DNA from: the human T2T-CHM13v2.0 reference genome, Homo sapiens
Direction: 5' to 3' (one strand)
Assembly: GCF_009914755.1 (NCBI RefSeq)
Contig: NC_060927.1
Length of the DNA: 64,000 nucleotides
The first letter of the stretch is position 1. Every line of letters starts with the position of its first letter. The position numbers and the translations under genes were made by a program. The notes beneath the pieces are model-generated. The model did not search any database and was not told the origin of the DNA. It saw only the letters and a list, made by a program, of their open reading frames with translations. Below are positions 40,831 through 56,490 of the stretch, one piece after another.

Positions 40831-42251
40831 AGGGAGGGAGAGGGAGGGAGGAAGTGAGGGGTATGGGATGAAGAAGGCAGGGAGGGAGGGAGGAGGGAAG
40901 GGGAATGAGGAGCTTGCTAAACTCCACCCCAGGAGACACACGGAGTGAGGTAGGGGCAGTGTGTGGCTCACATGCCACCAAGTCCTGCAGACCTTGCCTG
41001 ATGTCCTCAAAACTCAAAACGAGCTGGGCACAGGCCCCGGGAAGGGACACATCCCACCTGGTCTCTGTTATTGGCTTCACTTTGCTGCCAAGGACCCTGA
41101 ACCTCAGAGAGTGATGAAGCTTGCCAGGGTCACACAGTGTGATTACTGGATATGCCAGGATTCAAATCCACATCTCCCCATCACACACCCAGGATTCCAG
41201 ACCCTCGAGGGGGAGGCAGCGTCCCTGTACCCTGCCACTGCAGGGGCTACTTCCACATCAATCTAATGGAGGAAGAGCCTTGGTCACGCTCCCAGGACAC
41301 AGGCTGGTGACCCGGCCCTGCCCCCAGGAGTGTCTTTCTGCGCCCTCCCTGCATGAGGTGTGCTGAGTGCCACAGGCCCAGGGCAGAGCTGGAATTTATG
41401 GCTCTCTCTATTTTAATGAAGACTGTTCAAAGCCCTGAAAATTAATTTCCCCGAGGAAGACAATTACATGTCAAATAATACACCCGCTGAGCAAATGATT
41501 AAGATAAAATCCAGCCAAGAAGGCTTTGCACCGGTTGGTTTTGAGATACTTGGCTCAACACGGAAGGCCTTTGAAGGTTATTACCAGGCAGTAATGAACA
41601 CAGGTGTCCAGTCCAGGGGAGGGAATTCATTTCTAATATTTGTGCCCCTTCATAATTTATTTCAAACCTGTAAATGATGTCTGTGGGAAAGCCTGTCTCT
41701 GACATCTTCTAATAAAAAGACATTAACAGCCCCACTGAAGGCTGGTGCTGGCGGAGTCAGGTCTTTCCGGTTCCCATGGGGACGGTGGCCTGTGGCTACA
41801 GGGGAGGCTGGCCTGGGCCAGTGGGCATACGACTGGGAGGTCTTACATGTGTATGTGGAGGGCCTCCTTTGGTCTCCAAGTCCAAATGTGGCCTTGTGAC
41901 TTCGCCATTTTGGAAAATTTGGCCAGCATTGCCCCTGGAAATGATTGGCTGAAACTTTAGGTACCCAAGTGCCACCAGCCAGCCTTTGTCAGGTACAAGG
42001 CCAAGCGTCCTCTGCAGACCCCTGAGTTTGCACCCCTTGATTGAGCCTTCTTATGGAAAGTGAGGCCCAGAGAGGTGAAGCAGGTTGCTCAGGAACACAC
42101 TGCAAGGTGGGAAAGGAAGGATGGAAGCCTGGCTGTGCTCCCGCCCAACCCAGAGCCCTGCGCTGACCTGCAGCCTCCTGTCACTGCTCAGCTGAGCCTG
42201 GCGAGACTGATTACAGACTCTAGGTTATGACAGGATTTAGCATATGTGGAT

Positions 42252-42385
42252 CAGGGGTCTGCAAACCATGGCTCTCGAGCCAAATCTAGCCTGCGGCTTG
42301 CTTTTGTAAATAAAGTTTTATTGGAACGCAGCCACACCTGTTCATTTCTGCATTGGGTATGACAGCTTTGAGAACAACAGCGGCC
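42252..42385. mobile_element. MER58A fragment
   Basis: caggggtctgcaaac...gccaaatctagcctgc...ttttgtaaataaagttttattggaac. Confidence 0.85.
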
Positions 42386-45300
42386 AAGGGATGCTGCCAA
42401 CTCAACCTGACCTTCTGCTGTCATAACCGGCAGGCATGGTGTGGGCCTGCACCCTGAGCTAGCAACTGCTTCGTTCCACAGAAAAGACTTCCATCAGGGT
42501 ATACGGGTTCGTCTGCAACTGGCTGTGAGTGCAGACAGCTTCCAGGGGCTGGGGGAGTGGCAGTGACTGCAGAGCATCAGGACCCAAGTCACCTTCACCT
42601 GCACCTTGGCTGCTTTAGGAAATGGTAATGGCTGGGGGGACCCAGCTTCCTAGGGCTCACGAGGGCCCCCACCGAGCTCACCAACATTGCTTATGCCTCC
42701 AAAGTAGAGAATTCGAGGACTCTAGAATGTTAACCATGGGAAGTCACTCTCTACTCCCCAGCCTCAGTTTCTTCATCTCTAAGGAAGATCACATCCAGTG
42801 ATTGCTGAGGCTCTGCTCTGCAAGGCGGTCCATGGATCTCTATGAGTGACTGTAGAGCTTGGAGCCCTTCCTTTGATAACAGAAAACAGAGACCGAGAGT
42901 AGCTGTTCATCCGTGATGTGGGGATGTTAATGGCACTGCCCCCTTCCACACACACTGGATTGCAAAGTGCAAATTGAAGAGACATCCATGCTGTGGTGGC
43001 TAGGCAAGGCTGCCACATGTTAAGAGCTCAAGAAAGGGCACTGGCGGGACTGTCATTATTCGTGGTGTACTTGGCTCGGGGGCCCCGCCCATCAGACCCA
43101 AGACCAGCGATGCTCTTGGGCAAACGTCCCATGGGAGCTCCTGGATCCCCCCCAGACTGTCCTGGCTCAGTCATGGGCCATGCCCTCCTCCCAGTGGCTG
43201 CCTTCAGCCCCACACAGCACCTGCCAGCAGTCGTTCAGCATTATGGTGAGGGTAGGTCCCCGATCCATATCCACCCGCCCTCACCACCTCCGTGCCACCA
43301 TCCTGGCCTGGCCACCGTCATGTTTGGCCAGGGCATCAGGGAGGCCTCCTAAGGGATCTCCATCCTCCTTCTCCAGTCCACACAGCAGCCAGAGGGACCT
43401 TTTAACGCAAAATTCAGACAGCACCACCCTTCTGCCTGCAGCAGTGCGCAGCTCCCCACTGCCCCTGGGTAACTCTACAGCATGGTTTCTGCCACCCCTC
43501 ACCCTTGCCTACTGAATCCTTATAACATCATCTGTCTTCCACATCCTTAAACATGCCAAGCAAACCCCCAGCTAGGGGCCTTTGCTCCTGCTAGTCCCTT
43601 TGCCTGGAATGTGCCTTCTCAGCTCTTTTTGTGGCTGTCTACGTACCCTCAGGTGTCCTTTTAATCATCACCTTCACAGAGAAACCTTCCCTGACCTCCC
43701 ACCCCCACCTCCACCAGGTGAGGCCCTCCAGCTGCTCTCTGTCATTGCTCCCAGGTCATTTTCTCTGCCTTGTTGCTTAAATCACAGTCATCTAATGAGT
43801 AGGCATTCCCTCCTTCACGGTCTGTCCCGGAGCAGGCGGTGGTGGCAGGACAGGGCTTGGGCAGTGCTGGAGGTGCGGGAACCAGCCCGCCAGAGCTGGC
43901 AGTGCAGTGTGGCGCTTGAGAACAAGGACTCTGGAGCTGCACAGCCCAGGGTGAATCCCGTACAAATCTCTTAGAAGCTGTGTCCTTGTCCCTGGACAGC
44001 CCTCTGGGTCTTAGTTTCATTTCCCCATCTGTGCAATGAGATAACAGCATCATCCACCATACTGGGATTCCGCTTGTGGGGGATAAGGGCCCTACTCATG
44101 CTGGCACTTGTTACAGAAGGAATGTAGACTCCAGACACCTCTGCCACCCTATGCCCTGGCCAGGAAAAACAACGGGACAAGGAGGAGCCGAAGCCAGCTG
44201 AGGGCCATGGGCTGCCCGGTGTTCCCCTCCCAGTGCGGTCCTGCTAAAAGGGACCTGGCCACCTGGGAATGGTGATGATAATTTTCTCACTGGGACTACC
44301 AGAGGAAAAAGATGCCTCCTGCACTGCATGAGTCTTAATTAAAAATGAGATTTGGTGTTCTCAATATTAAAGGGAAACTTTCATTTGTGTCCTGAAGCTG
44401 GTTTTGTTGTTGTTGTTGTTGTTTTTAACAGCTTTATCAAGGTAAAATTGACACACAATACTCTGGACATATTAAAAGTGTACAATTTAATAAGCTTTAG
44501 CATATATTTGCACATGTGAAACACACTCATGATGGAACATATCCATGCCCTCATTCTCTCATGCCTCTTTGTAATCCTTCCCTCTTGCCTCTAGAAGGAT
44601 TAGTTTGCATTTCTAGACTTGTTTATAAACGGGATCATATGGTGTGCATTTGTAATCTGGCTTCTTTCACTTGGTTATGATTACTTTTGATCCATCAAAG
44701 TTGCTGCGCATATCAAAGTTCATTTCTTTCTCTTGCCAAGTAGCATTCCACTGTACGGATGTCCTACCCCTCGCTTATCCTTTAGCCCTTTGAGGGGTAT
44801 CTGGTTACTTTCACCTGTTGGCTATCTTGAATTACACTGCTAAGTATGTTTGTGTGCAAGTTTTCTGTGTGGACATATGCTTTCATCTGTCTCAGGTAAA
44901 CATCTAGGAGTGCAATGGCTCAATCATATAGTAGGTGTGTATTTAACCTTTTAAGAAACTGTTAAACTGTTTTCCAAGGTGTTTATACCATTTCACATTC
45001 CCACCAGCAGATGATGAAAGTTTCCATTTCTCCACATTTTCACAAGAACTTTATGGTCAGCCATTTTCATTTTAGCCATCCTAATCAGCATGTAGTAGTA
45101 TGCCACTTTGGTTTTAATTTGCACTTCTTTAATATGCAATGATGCTGAGTATCATCCCCTTAACAGTATTTTGCAGGGCAAAAGTTTTCAATTTTTATGA
45201 AGTCTAACATTTTGCTTTTATAGATCATGCTCTTGGTATTAAGTTTAAGACCTTTTTGCCTAGCCCTAGGTCCTAAAGATTTTCTATTTTTTTCCTAAAA

Positions 45301-45496
45301 GTTTTATAGTTTTAAGTCCATGATCCATTTTGAGTTAAATTTTATATAAGGTATGAGGTTCACTTTTTTGGCCTATGGATATCTAAATTGCTTCAGAATC
45401 ATTGTTTGAAAGGTTATTTTTCCTCCATTAAATTGCTTTTGCATCTTTGTTAAAAGTCACTTTGGCTTATACGTGTAAGTCTATTTCAGAGTTCTC

Positions 45497-45822
<326 letters not shown>

Positions 45823-46950
45823 CAGAGTTCTCTATTCCATTGATTCATGTATCTGTCCCTCTGCCAATATCATACTGTCTTGATTATTGTAGCTATATAT
45901 TAAGTCTTAACATCAGGTAGAGTGAGTCCTCCTATTTATTTTTCTTTTTTTTAAATTGTTTTAAGCTATTCTAGGTCGTTTGCCTTTCTGGATACATCTT
46001 GTAATAAGCTTATGTATGTCTAGAGAGACAAAATCAAAGACAAAACTCCTTGCTTGGATTCTGATAGGAACTGCATTAAGCCTAAAGATCAACTCGGGGA
46101 GAAATGACATCTTTACCATATTGAGTTTTCCGATCCACGAACATGGTATGTCTTTCCATTTGGTTATATCATCTTTTCTTTCTTTCATCTGCATGTTTAC
46201 ATATACAAATCCCATATGTTTTCAGTATACAGATTCTGTACATGTTTTGTTAGATTTATGCAGAAGAATCTAATTTTCTTTGAAACAATTATAAATGGTA
46301 TGTGTTTTAAATTTTGATTTCTAAATTTTTGCTGTTCTTATACAGAAATGCGTTGATTCTGTGTGTGTGTGCTGATCACAAATCCTGCTATTTTGCTGAA
46401 TTCATTCATTTTTTTCTGGTAATCATTATTTATAGATTCCTTGGGATTTTCATTGTAGATAATTGTGTTATTGAAAATAGGGACAGTTTTATTTCTTCCT
46501 TTCCAATCTGTATGACTTTTGTTGCCTTTCTTGACTTACCGCTCTGTCTAGAAGTTCCAATGATATGTTGAATCACAGTAGGGAGAGACATTCTTGCCTT
46601 GTTCCCAGTCTTTGGGAGAAAGTGTTCAGTCTGTCATCTTTAATATACTAATGATGCTATCAGTAGGTTTTTTGTAGATGTCCTTTATAAAGTTGAGGAA
46701 GTTCCCCTTTATTCCAATTTTTTTTCCTGAGAGTTTTCTTAATCATGCATGGGCATTAAATTTTCCTCTGTCATAGATATAATGAATCATATGATGTCTC
46801 CTTTAGCCTGCTGAGAAAGTGGGTTACATTAATTTTAAATACTGAACTAGCCTTGCATGTCTGGAATAAATCCCACTTAGTTGCAGTGTAATTTTTTTAT
46901 ACATTGATGGATTAGATATGCAAATATTTTGCTTAGAAATGTTACATCTA

Positions 46951-47305
<355 letters not shown>

Positions 47306-47969
47306 TTATTTTCTTGTTCTAGCTTTGTCCAATTTTGGTATTCGGATAAAGCAGACATCATAGAATGAGTTGGGAAATATTCTCTCCTTTTCAATTTTCT
47401 GGAAGAGTTTGTGTAGAATTGGTATTATTTATTCTTTAAATGTTTGATGGAGTTCACCAGTAAAACCACTGAAGCCTGGAGTTTTCATTGTAAAAATTTT
47501 AACTACAATTTCAATTTGTTTGATATAAAGCTATTTAGGCTATCTATTTACTATTGAGATTTGTTAGTTTGTGTCTTTCAAGAAGTTTGTATATTTCCTC
47601 TAAGTTTTTGTTGTTGTTGTTTATTGGCATAAAGTTGTTCATAATACTCCATTATTATGCTTCAGTTACCTGCAGAATCTGTAGCAGTGTCACTGTTCTC
47701 ATTCCTGGTATTGGTAATTTGTGTCTTTTCTCGTTTTCTTCTGGATCGGTCTGACCACAGAGTTATTACTTTCACTGGTCTTCTCAAAGAATCAGGTTTG
47801 GTTTCATTGATCGTCGGTATGGTTTTTCTGTTTTTCATTTCATTAATTTCCACACTGATATTTTTCTTCGTCCTTTGGGTTTAATTTGTTCTTAAAAACA
47901 AAACAAAACAATTTTTAAGGTGAAATCTAGGTTCATTGATCTGAGATCTTTTTTCTTTTCTAATATTAG

Positions 47970-48322
<353 letters not shown>

Positions 48323-48428
48323 ACACCTTATGAATTTTTATATACTGTTTTTTTAATTATCATTCACTTCAGAAGACTTTCTTTTGATTTCTTCTTGGAC
48401 CAAAGGGTTATTTAGAAATGTATTGTTT

Positions 48429-48837
<409 letters not shown>

Positions 48838-49019
48838 TTATCATATAGAATTTGGCATATCTTGGTAAACTTTCCAGGTGCACTGGAGAAGAATGTATGT
48901 TGCTCTTGTTAGGTAGAGTGTTAATCAGGTTAAGTTGGTTGACAGTGTTGCTAAAGTCTTCTATATCCTATCCATACATCAAGGCTACTTGTCCTGTCAT
49001 GTAGTGAAAGAGGGGCACT

Positions 49020-49305
49020 GGCTGGGATTACTGGCTCACGCCTGTAATCCCAACACTTTGGGAGGCTGAGGCAGGTGGATCACTTGAGCCCAGGAGTTTG
49101 AAATCAGCCTGGGGAACATGGCGAAACCCTATCTCTACAAAAAATAATAATACTAATAATAATACAAAAATTAGGCAGGCATGGTGGCACATGCCTGTAG
49201 TCCCAGCTATGCTGGAGGCTGAGGTGGGAGGATTGCTTGAGACTGAGAATTGCTTCCAGCTTAGATGACAGAATGAGACCATGTGTCAAAAAAAAAAAAG
49301 AAAAA
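49020..49305 (+). mobile_element. AluJ with rearranged right arm
   Basis: gatcacttgagcccaggagtttg; (TAA)n linker. Confidence 0.88.
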
Positions 49306-49442
49306 TAAGCAATAAAGGAAGGAAGGAGGGAAAGAAGGAAAGAAAGAGAGAGAGAAAGAAAAGAAGGAGGGAAGGAAGGAACGGAAGGGAAGGAAGGAAG
49401 GAAAGGAAGGAAGGAAGGAAGGAAGGAAGGAGGGAGGGAAGG
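49306..49442 (+). repeat. (GGAA)n/(GA)-rich microsatellite extending the Alu tail
   Basis: Nearly pure purine tract containing GGAA runs. Confidence 0.9.
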
Positions 49443-49761
49443 TGAAATCTCAAACCATAATTTTGTATTTGTCTATTTCTCTTTGCTGTCCTGTCAATTT
49501 TGCCTTCATGTATTTTGAGTGTGTTCTAACTTTAGGACTGCAATTTTTATTTTTATAAATTGACCCCTTGATTATGGAGTGACCTTCTTTATTCCTAGTA
49601 ACATTCTAAATATTCCAAATATTTCTGAAACCTACTTTGATATTAATATAGCCATTCCAATTTTCTTTTCATTAGTGTTAACATGGCATATTTTCCCATT
49701 TTTTTAAACCTACTTGTACTTTATATTTAAAAAGTGGTTCTTACTTAAAAAAAAAATCTAA

Positions 49762-50145
<384 letters not shown>

Positions 50146-53100
50146 AAGGTTTAAACCTATTTCTATTCTTTCTGTCCCATTGGCTTTTTGGTTCCATTTT
50201 TGCTCTTTTTCTGCCTTCTTTTAGATTGTTTAAATATCTATAATGGTCCCATTGTAGTTTTAATCTCTATAATTTTGATTTGGGCATGGAATATAGTTAT
50301 AATTGCTATATTAGTGGGCTTTTCTGCTAATTCTAGCATCAGTGTCTGTTTTGAGTCAGTTTTGATTAATCAATTTTTCTCTTTATGTGGGTAATATTTT
50401 CTTGCTTCTTTTCATTTCTGAAAACTGTTCACTGGATGCCAGACACTGTACGTTCTACCTTGCTAGATATTTTTGTATTCCTCTAAATCTTTTTGAGCTT
50501 TGTCATGAGATGCAGTGAAATTGCATGGAAACTATCTGATCCTTAGCGGCTTGTTTTTAAGCTTGTTAGGTGGGTCCCAAGCAGTTTAGAGCTAATTGTT
50601 TCCACTGCTAGGGCAAGACTTTGAGAATGCTTTAACCAACACTTTATGAATCGTGAGGTTTTCCATTCTGGCTGGTGACAATAAGCACTTTTCCCTCTAC
50701 TTTTGAGGGCCAGGCACTGAGTTCTCTCTGATTTCTTTTGGATAGTCAGCCCAAAAGATCCCCAGCCTCTGGTAGTTTTCTCACGCTCACGAGCTGGGCA
50801 GTACTCAGCTGAATACTCAGAGGCAGTGTGCAGAGTCCTCGAGCTCTGTGCAGTGTATCCTCTCCCAGGCTTGTTTCAAGGCAACTCCAGCTGCCTTAGT
50901 GTTCCCAGACTTTGAGCAGCAGCTCCTCAACTCAGAGTTCTCTGGGCCTTGCCTGGCTTCCCTCTCTCTGAGCTGTGACCTGAACACTCCCCTAAGGCAG
51001 ATGCTGGGCAAATTGTCCAGATCACCTTGTTCATTTCCTACCTCTCAGGGATTCATTGTCTGATGTCCAGGGTGTTGAAAACTTGTTCCATGCATCTTGT
51101 CCATGTGGATGTTTCAGGTACCCCATTCTGTTTGAAGCCTGATTTTGAATACTGAACGGATTTTGTTTCACCAGGAAACTTTAGGAAACACAGGGCATCC
51201 TGAGCTCAATCCCATGTTACAAGCGGAGACTTCCTTTGCACTTGTATCTCCCCCACCACAACCCCCGAATGCACAGATCACCTCTCTGCTGAGTACAGGA
51301 AGTAGGGAGGGGGTTGAAGCTGTGTTTAAAGATAAGAAAATGAGACATATTTCTCTTGTGATTGTTTCATATTAAAATTTGACATCAACATCGACATGGC
51401 CTGAATGAACCTGAAGCACAGAGGTAACACCATATGTCTAACCAGTTGGCCCCAGAGGGGCAGGAGCAGTGGAGAAAAGGCTAGAGGGGCCATTCCCATC
51501 ACTGCCCCTCACTCTGTCCAGGCTGTCTCGATTCTTGGATTCAGACTGTGTCCCAGAAGACAGAAGTGGAAGCAGGAGGACCCTAACTCGTGTTGGTGTA
51601 GAATGTCTCCAGCAGTGATGAGCTCCCCATTCCTGGAAGGGTGCAAGCAGGTGCTGGATGATCTCTTGGTTCTCTTAGCAGGGATATTACAGAAGTGGCT
51701 GGACCAGGTCACACTCTCTGCCCTTTTTAAATGGCAAAGATTCCATCACCATGCTCTGGGAATAAGAATCCAGCCTGGATAATTCATAAACCCTTGCTGC
51801 TTGCTGGGGGTGAGTTTCCACGGAAATGTCAGCGAGGCAGACCAGAAACTGAACAAACCTGCAGCATCTCCCTGCATTGGTCCTGAGGTCCAGGGCAGCA
51901 GGCGCCCTTGCCAGGCCCGGCTCTGCCCTGACCTTGCTGAAGGGCCACTGCTGCACACAGCCAGTTATGTAATTGGCCGCCTTTGAAGAGCGGTTGCACC
52001 GAGTCACACGGGGGTTAGCAAACTAGTTCAAGGTAATTTATGACTCTGGGATGCTCGGGTTTCTAAATACAACAGACAACTATAAACTGCAAATGCTTTA
52101 AACTCTCTCCCCAAGGGGATACTGCTTGGCCCAGCCCAACGGGCAGCACTGATGGCCCAGCTGGCAGGGAGGGTTGGGGCATGGAGCACGCTTAGCCTGC
52201 TGGCTTAGCTCCGAGACCTCCATAGGACAAGGAGCTATCTTCCCCACCACCGGGCCTGCACACAGTGGGGTTGGTAGGCATTTGCTGCGGGAAGACACCT
52301 AGCCTTCACCACCGTGGGCCCATGATGACTCTCAATCTGAGGAGGCCAGCCTTTCTTACAGCAACCTCCAACAAATGTTTTGGGTATGATTAGAAGGCTG
52401 TGTTTTCAAATACGAAAATGGGTCAGTGGAAAGAAAAAAGGTATCAAGACCACACCTCCATTTGCTGAGGGAGTTCATCTCCCTCCAGGGCACCAAATAG
52501 CATTAGAGAGACGTGGGATGGAGGGTGTGGATAGCATGGCCTCTAGGGTCCTGGCCAGTTGCCCCTCGTCAGGGCTGGAGCTGGGGGCCAGATATGCAGG
52601 GGCTGCAGGGCGAGGCATCCCACAGGCCATGTTCTCAGCCACCTTTGACCTCCAGGAGAAGTGAATAACTCCTCCTACCCTGAGTCTCCGCTCACTGGTG
52701 ATCCCATACAGTGGGAGCCAGAGAGGACTGTGAAAGGAGCATGGGGTGGTAAGGACAAGGGCCAGTCTTGGGTCCTCTGTGGCACACAGCCAGCTCACCA
52801 GGAGCCTGGGCGTCCTGGAGCAGCCCATCATTGTCTCTGCCCAATAACTGCCAGCAACACCGTTGGCAATGATGTGCTTTAGCCACTTTCAGAAGCTGAT
52901 GTCTTGGCATCCGCAGCGCGAGCCCAGATCTATGGCCTTTGGCGTAACTGCTTTCTAGCCTCATGCGGGTGATGATGTTTGTCAACAATACCTTGACTTG
53001 GGTGGCCCTAGAGGTGTGTTGCATGAAAGGCAGGAGTTTCCAGGAAGCAGGGTCTACCCAGGAGCCCTGTAGTCTGAAAACGTCTGAGGGCCCCAGCCCA

Positions 53101-55203
53101 GCAGCAGGGCGTTCTCAGGGCTGCTACAGCTTGCAAGAGAGAAAATTCTTTAACTGGGAGCTGAGACCTCCCTGAAGCAGTCAAGAGTCCCCACAGCTGG
53201 CCCAGTCCAGCCTCAGAACCTGGGAGGGTGTCCTCTGGGGGTCAGAGAGACTGAGGCAGGCCCGGGCCTGCCATGAATCCAGGGCTCGGGACAGAGCTGT
53301 CCTACACTCTGCAAGGGGGATCACCCCATGAGGACTGGGGAATCTGACCATTCCCCAGGAGGCAGAGCTCGGGCCTGGTCAGGGTCAGAAGGAACTGCGT
53401 CGTGTTGTGGTAAGCACCGTGCATGCAGGGGTCTGCTGAGGGAGGCTGAGCAGATGACTTCCCCACTCTGAGCCTCGGTTTCCTCATCTGCAGGATGGGC
53501 ATGTGAATGCGGGCTGCCTTATAGGCCTAAGCAGACTCCTTGGGGTGCTCAAACCTGTGCCTGGGGCCTCATAAGCACAGTTCAAGGAGGTTGTCCTTGT
53601 CACAGCCATTACTGTCACAGGGTAAGGGACTGAGCCACAGTCATGGTCTAAAGGGATTGTCCTGGGACCTCAGGCCACACTGGCCCTATGGGTGGGGCTC
53701 AGGAGTGGAGCCTGGGAGCTAGATGGGGCTGGACTAGGCAAGATGCCAGAAGGCTGGAGCCAGTGCCTGCTACTGCTACACGGGCCAGGGAGGGGCGGCC
53801 ACCTCTCCTCTGGGCAAAGGCCTGGGGTCAGGGGTGAGGCCAGGGCCCAGGAGGTGACATGGGCTGGGCTGCCATCAAAGGCCCCAGCTCTGGTGCCCCT
53901 GGGACAGGGATGGACCTTTTCTGATGAAGACAGGGCTCTCCCAGTTCCAGGCTTGAGGGAGTCGGGACGCAGCCCCAGAGCTCTCCAGTGGGCTCCCAGG
54001 CAAGGAGCCGGAGTGGGTGGAGAGAAGGGGGTCTCTTCGACACAGACGCCTCACTGTGCACAGGACACTGGAGGGGACGAGCCAGGGAATGAGAGCAGCT
54101 GCAGCACATGCTCCTCAGGCCTTTAGGAGGAACGGGTTACAGGGCCTCTGGGTCAGCCAGCAGAGCCACTGGAGGGGGATGGGAAGGCTGTCGAGGGCCC
54201 TATTCCTCTGCTGCCAGCCCCAGGAGCCAGGTCTCCACTCATCCTCCTGTGCGCAGACCCCGTGCCTAGCATCGTGGACATGAGAGGAGAAGCGCAGGCC
54301 CTGCCCCAGGACTCCCAGTTAGACCCTCGTGCGGGACTCTGCTGCGTGGGACAGTGAGGACTACCCTGCTGGGCGGTGCAGACCCAGCCCTCCTCCAAGC
54401 TTGCATGTCCTGGCCATGGGAGGCCCCACAGGGCCGCCTGCGGGACATGCACTCCAGTGAGTGCCATGGAAAAAGCAGGGGAGGGAGAAGACACAGAATA
54501 GAAACTTGGCTGAGGGCGCTTTCAAGCCAACAACGTGAGGGCCTTGGGACTGAGGATTTCACAAAGGCTTCTCCGGCTGAGACTGATGCAAGGACAACTG
54601 CGTGTCCACGTGGGAAATGAAGGTCACCCGACTCACACCACACCCCAGCCGGCTCAGACACTGAGGACCCACAAGTGAACGGGAAAACCTTAAAACCTCT
54701 AGAAGAAAACACAGGGAACTATCTTTCCAAATTGGGGCCGGGAATGATCCCTTAAACGAGAAACAAAAAGCTCGCCAAGCATTAAACAACTGGTAGATCT
54801 GACTACAGTGAAATGAGCATTCCTATTTACCAGACACGAGGAAGAATGTAAAAGACAAACCACACCCAGCAAGGAGACACCTGGAATAAGCGAGACCTAC
54901 AAAGGAGGCGGATCCAGGATACAGACAGAGCTCGCATGTGTCCACAGAAAAGGAGAAGCAGATTACAAAGGCTAATCGGGCATTTCCGAGAGGAGGAAAC
55001 AGGGACGGCAAATGACCTAGGCAAGGATGCGCCACCTCCCGAGGCAGCAGAGAAATGCCAAGCAGGATCTTAAAGAGATGTGGGTGACCCCACCAGACGG
55101 ACAAAAATGAGACATCTCACAGGACCCAGGGTTTGACTGCATGTAGATCGGGTGGAATACGGAAGTACTGGCAATGAGAGTGTAAGCTGGAAGGACCACT
55201 TTA

Positions 55204-55504
<301 letters not shown>

Positions 55505-56040
55505 AATCATTTTGTCATTTTCTTGTTAGGTTGACCACTCACATACCTGTAATCCGGCAGGTCCACTCTTAGCCAACACACAAAGCAGATATGAGAAAAT
55601 CTCACAGCAGCATTGTTAATAATAGAAAATAAATGGAATGACCCAAACACGCCCTGACAGGAGAATGCAAAAATAAACTGTAGAATATTGACACAATTTA
55701 TTTTCACATCAGCGAAAATAAACTATGGCTGCACACAATAGCATGGATAAAGCTTAGAAACAATACAATGTTAGGTGGAAAATGCCAATCTTAGAAGGCT
55801 GCGTATGGTACACCATTTCCATAAAACTCATCAACAAATGAAACACTATATCATCTCAACATCTGCAGTAACCTGTGAGCAACAGAATGACAAACACAAG
55901 ATTCCAGGTTATGGTGATCTCTGGGGTAGAAGAAGTCGCAAACACACGGGTGCAAATCATTGGGAATGTTCCCCTTCTGGAGTTAAATGGTAGGCTCACA
56001 GATAATCATTATTTTATTATCCTTTGAAATGCACAAAGAA

Positions 56041-56212
56041 GGGGCACAGTGGCCTGTGCCTGTGGTCCCAGCTACTCAGGAGGCTGAGGTGGGAGGATCG
56101 CTTGAGCGCAGGAGTTGAAGCCTGCAGTCAGCTATGATCATACCTGTGAACAGCCACTGCGCTCCAGCCTGGCAACATGGTGAGACCCATCTCTAAAAAT
56201 AATAATAATAAT
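56041..56212 (+). mobile_element. FAM (fossil Alu monomer)
   Basis: Monomer retaining the 7SL-derived cctgtgaacagccactgc and caacatggtgagaccc; (TAA)n tail; aaatgcaca on both sides. Confidence 0.8.
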
Positions 56213-56299
56213 AAAATGCACATATATAATATGCAGAACACATTAAATATCTGAAGATATCTGCAAAGAAAAAAAGAGGAGGATCACGGTATCTGACCA

Positions 56300-56490
56300 C
56301 TAGACAGACCCAGTATGTGTGAATTCTGTCACTCGCAGCTGTTCTAACAATGTGTCACAGTTGGAAGCCAGAGGGCTGTGCAGTGGCCAGAGACGCAGGC
56401 AGAGACCTGAACCCAGATGAGGGCACTCCTCCCTCTGAGCCTGTTTCTCCATATGCAAAATGAGAGGGGATCATACTGGGGATGACAAAT
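56300..56490 (+). mobile_element. MIR fragments
   Basis: cctctgagcctgtttctccatatgcaaaatg. Confidence 0.55.

Noticed and set aside
45961-46215. Reverse-transcriptase-like peptide KWKDIPCSWIG
   Set aside because: It is a fragment of decayed L1 ORF2, broken by stops, deletions and Alus; not an intact or domesticated gene.
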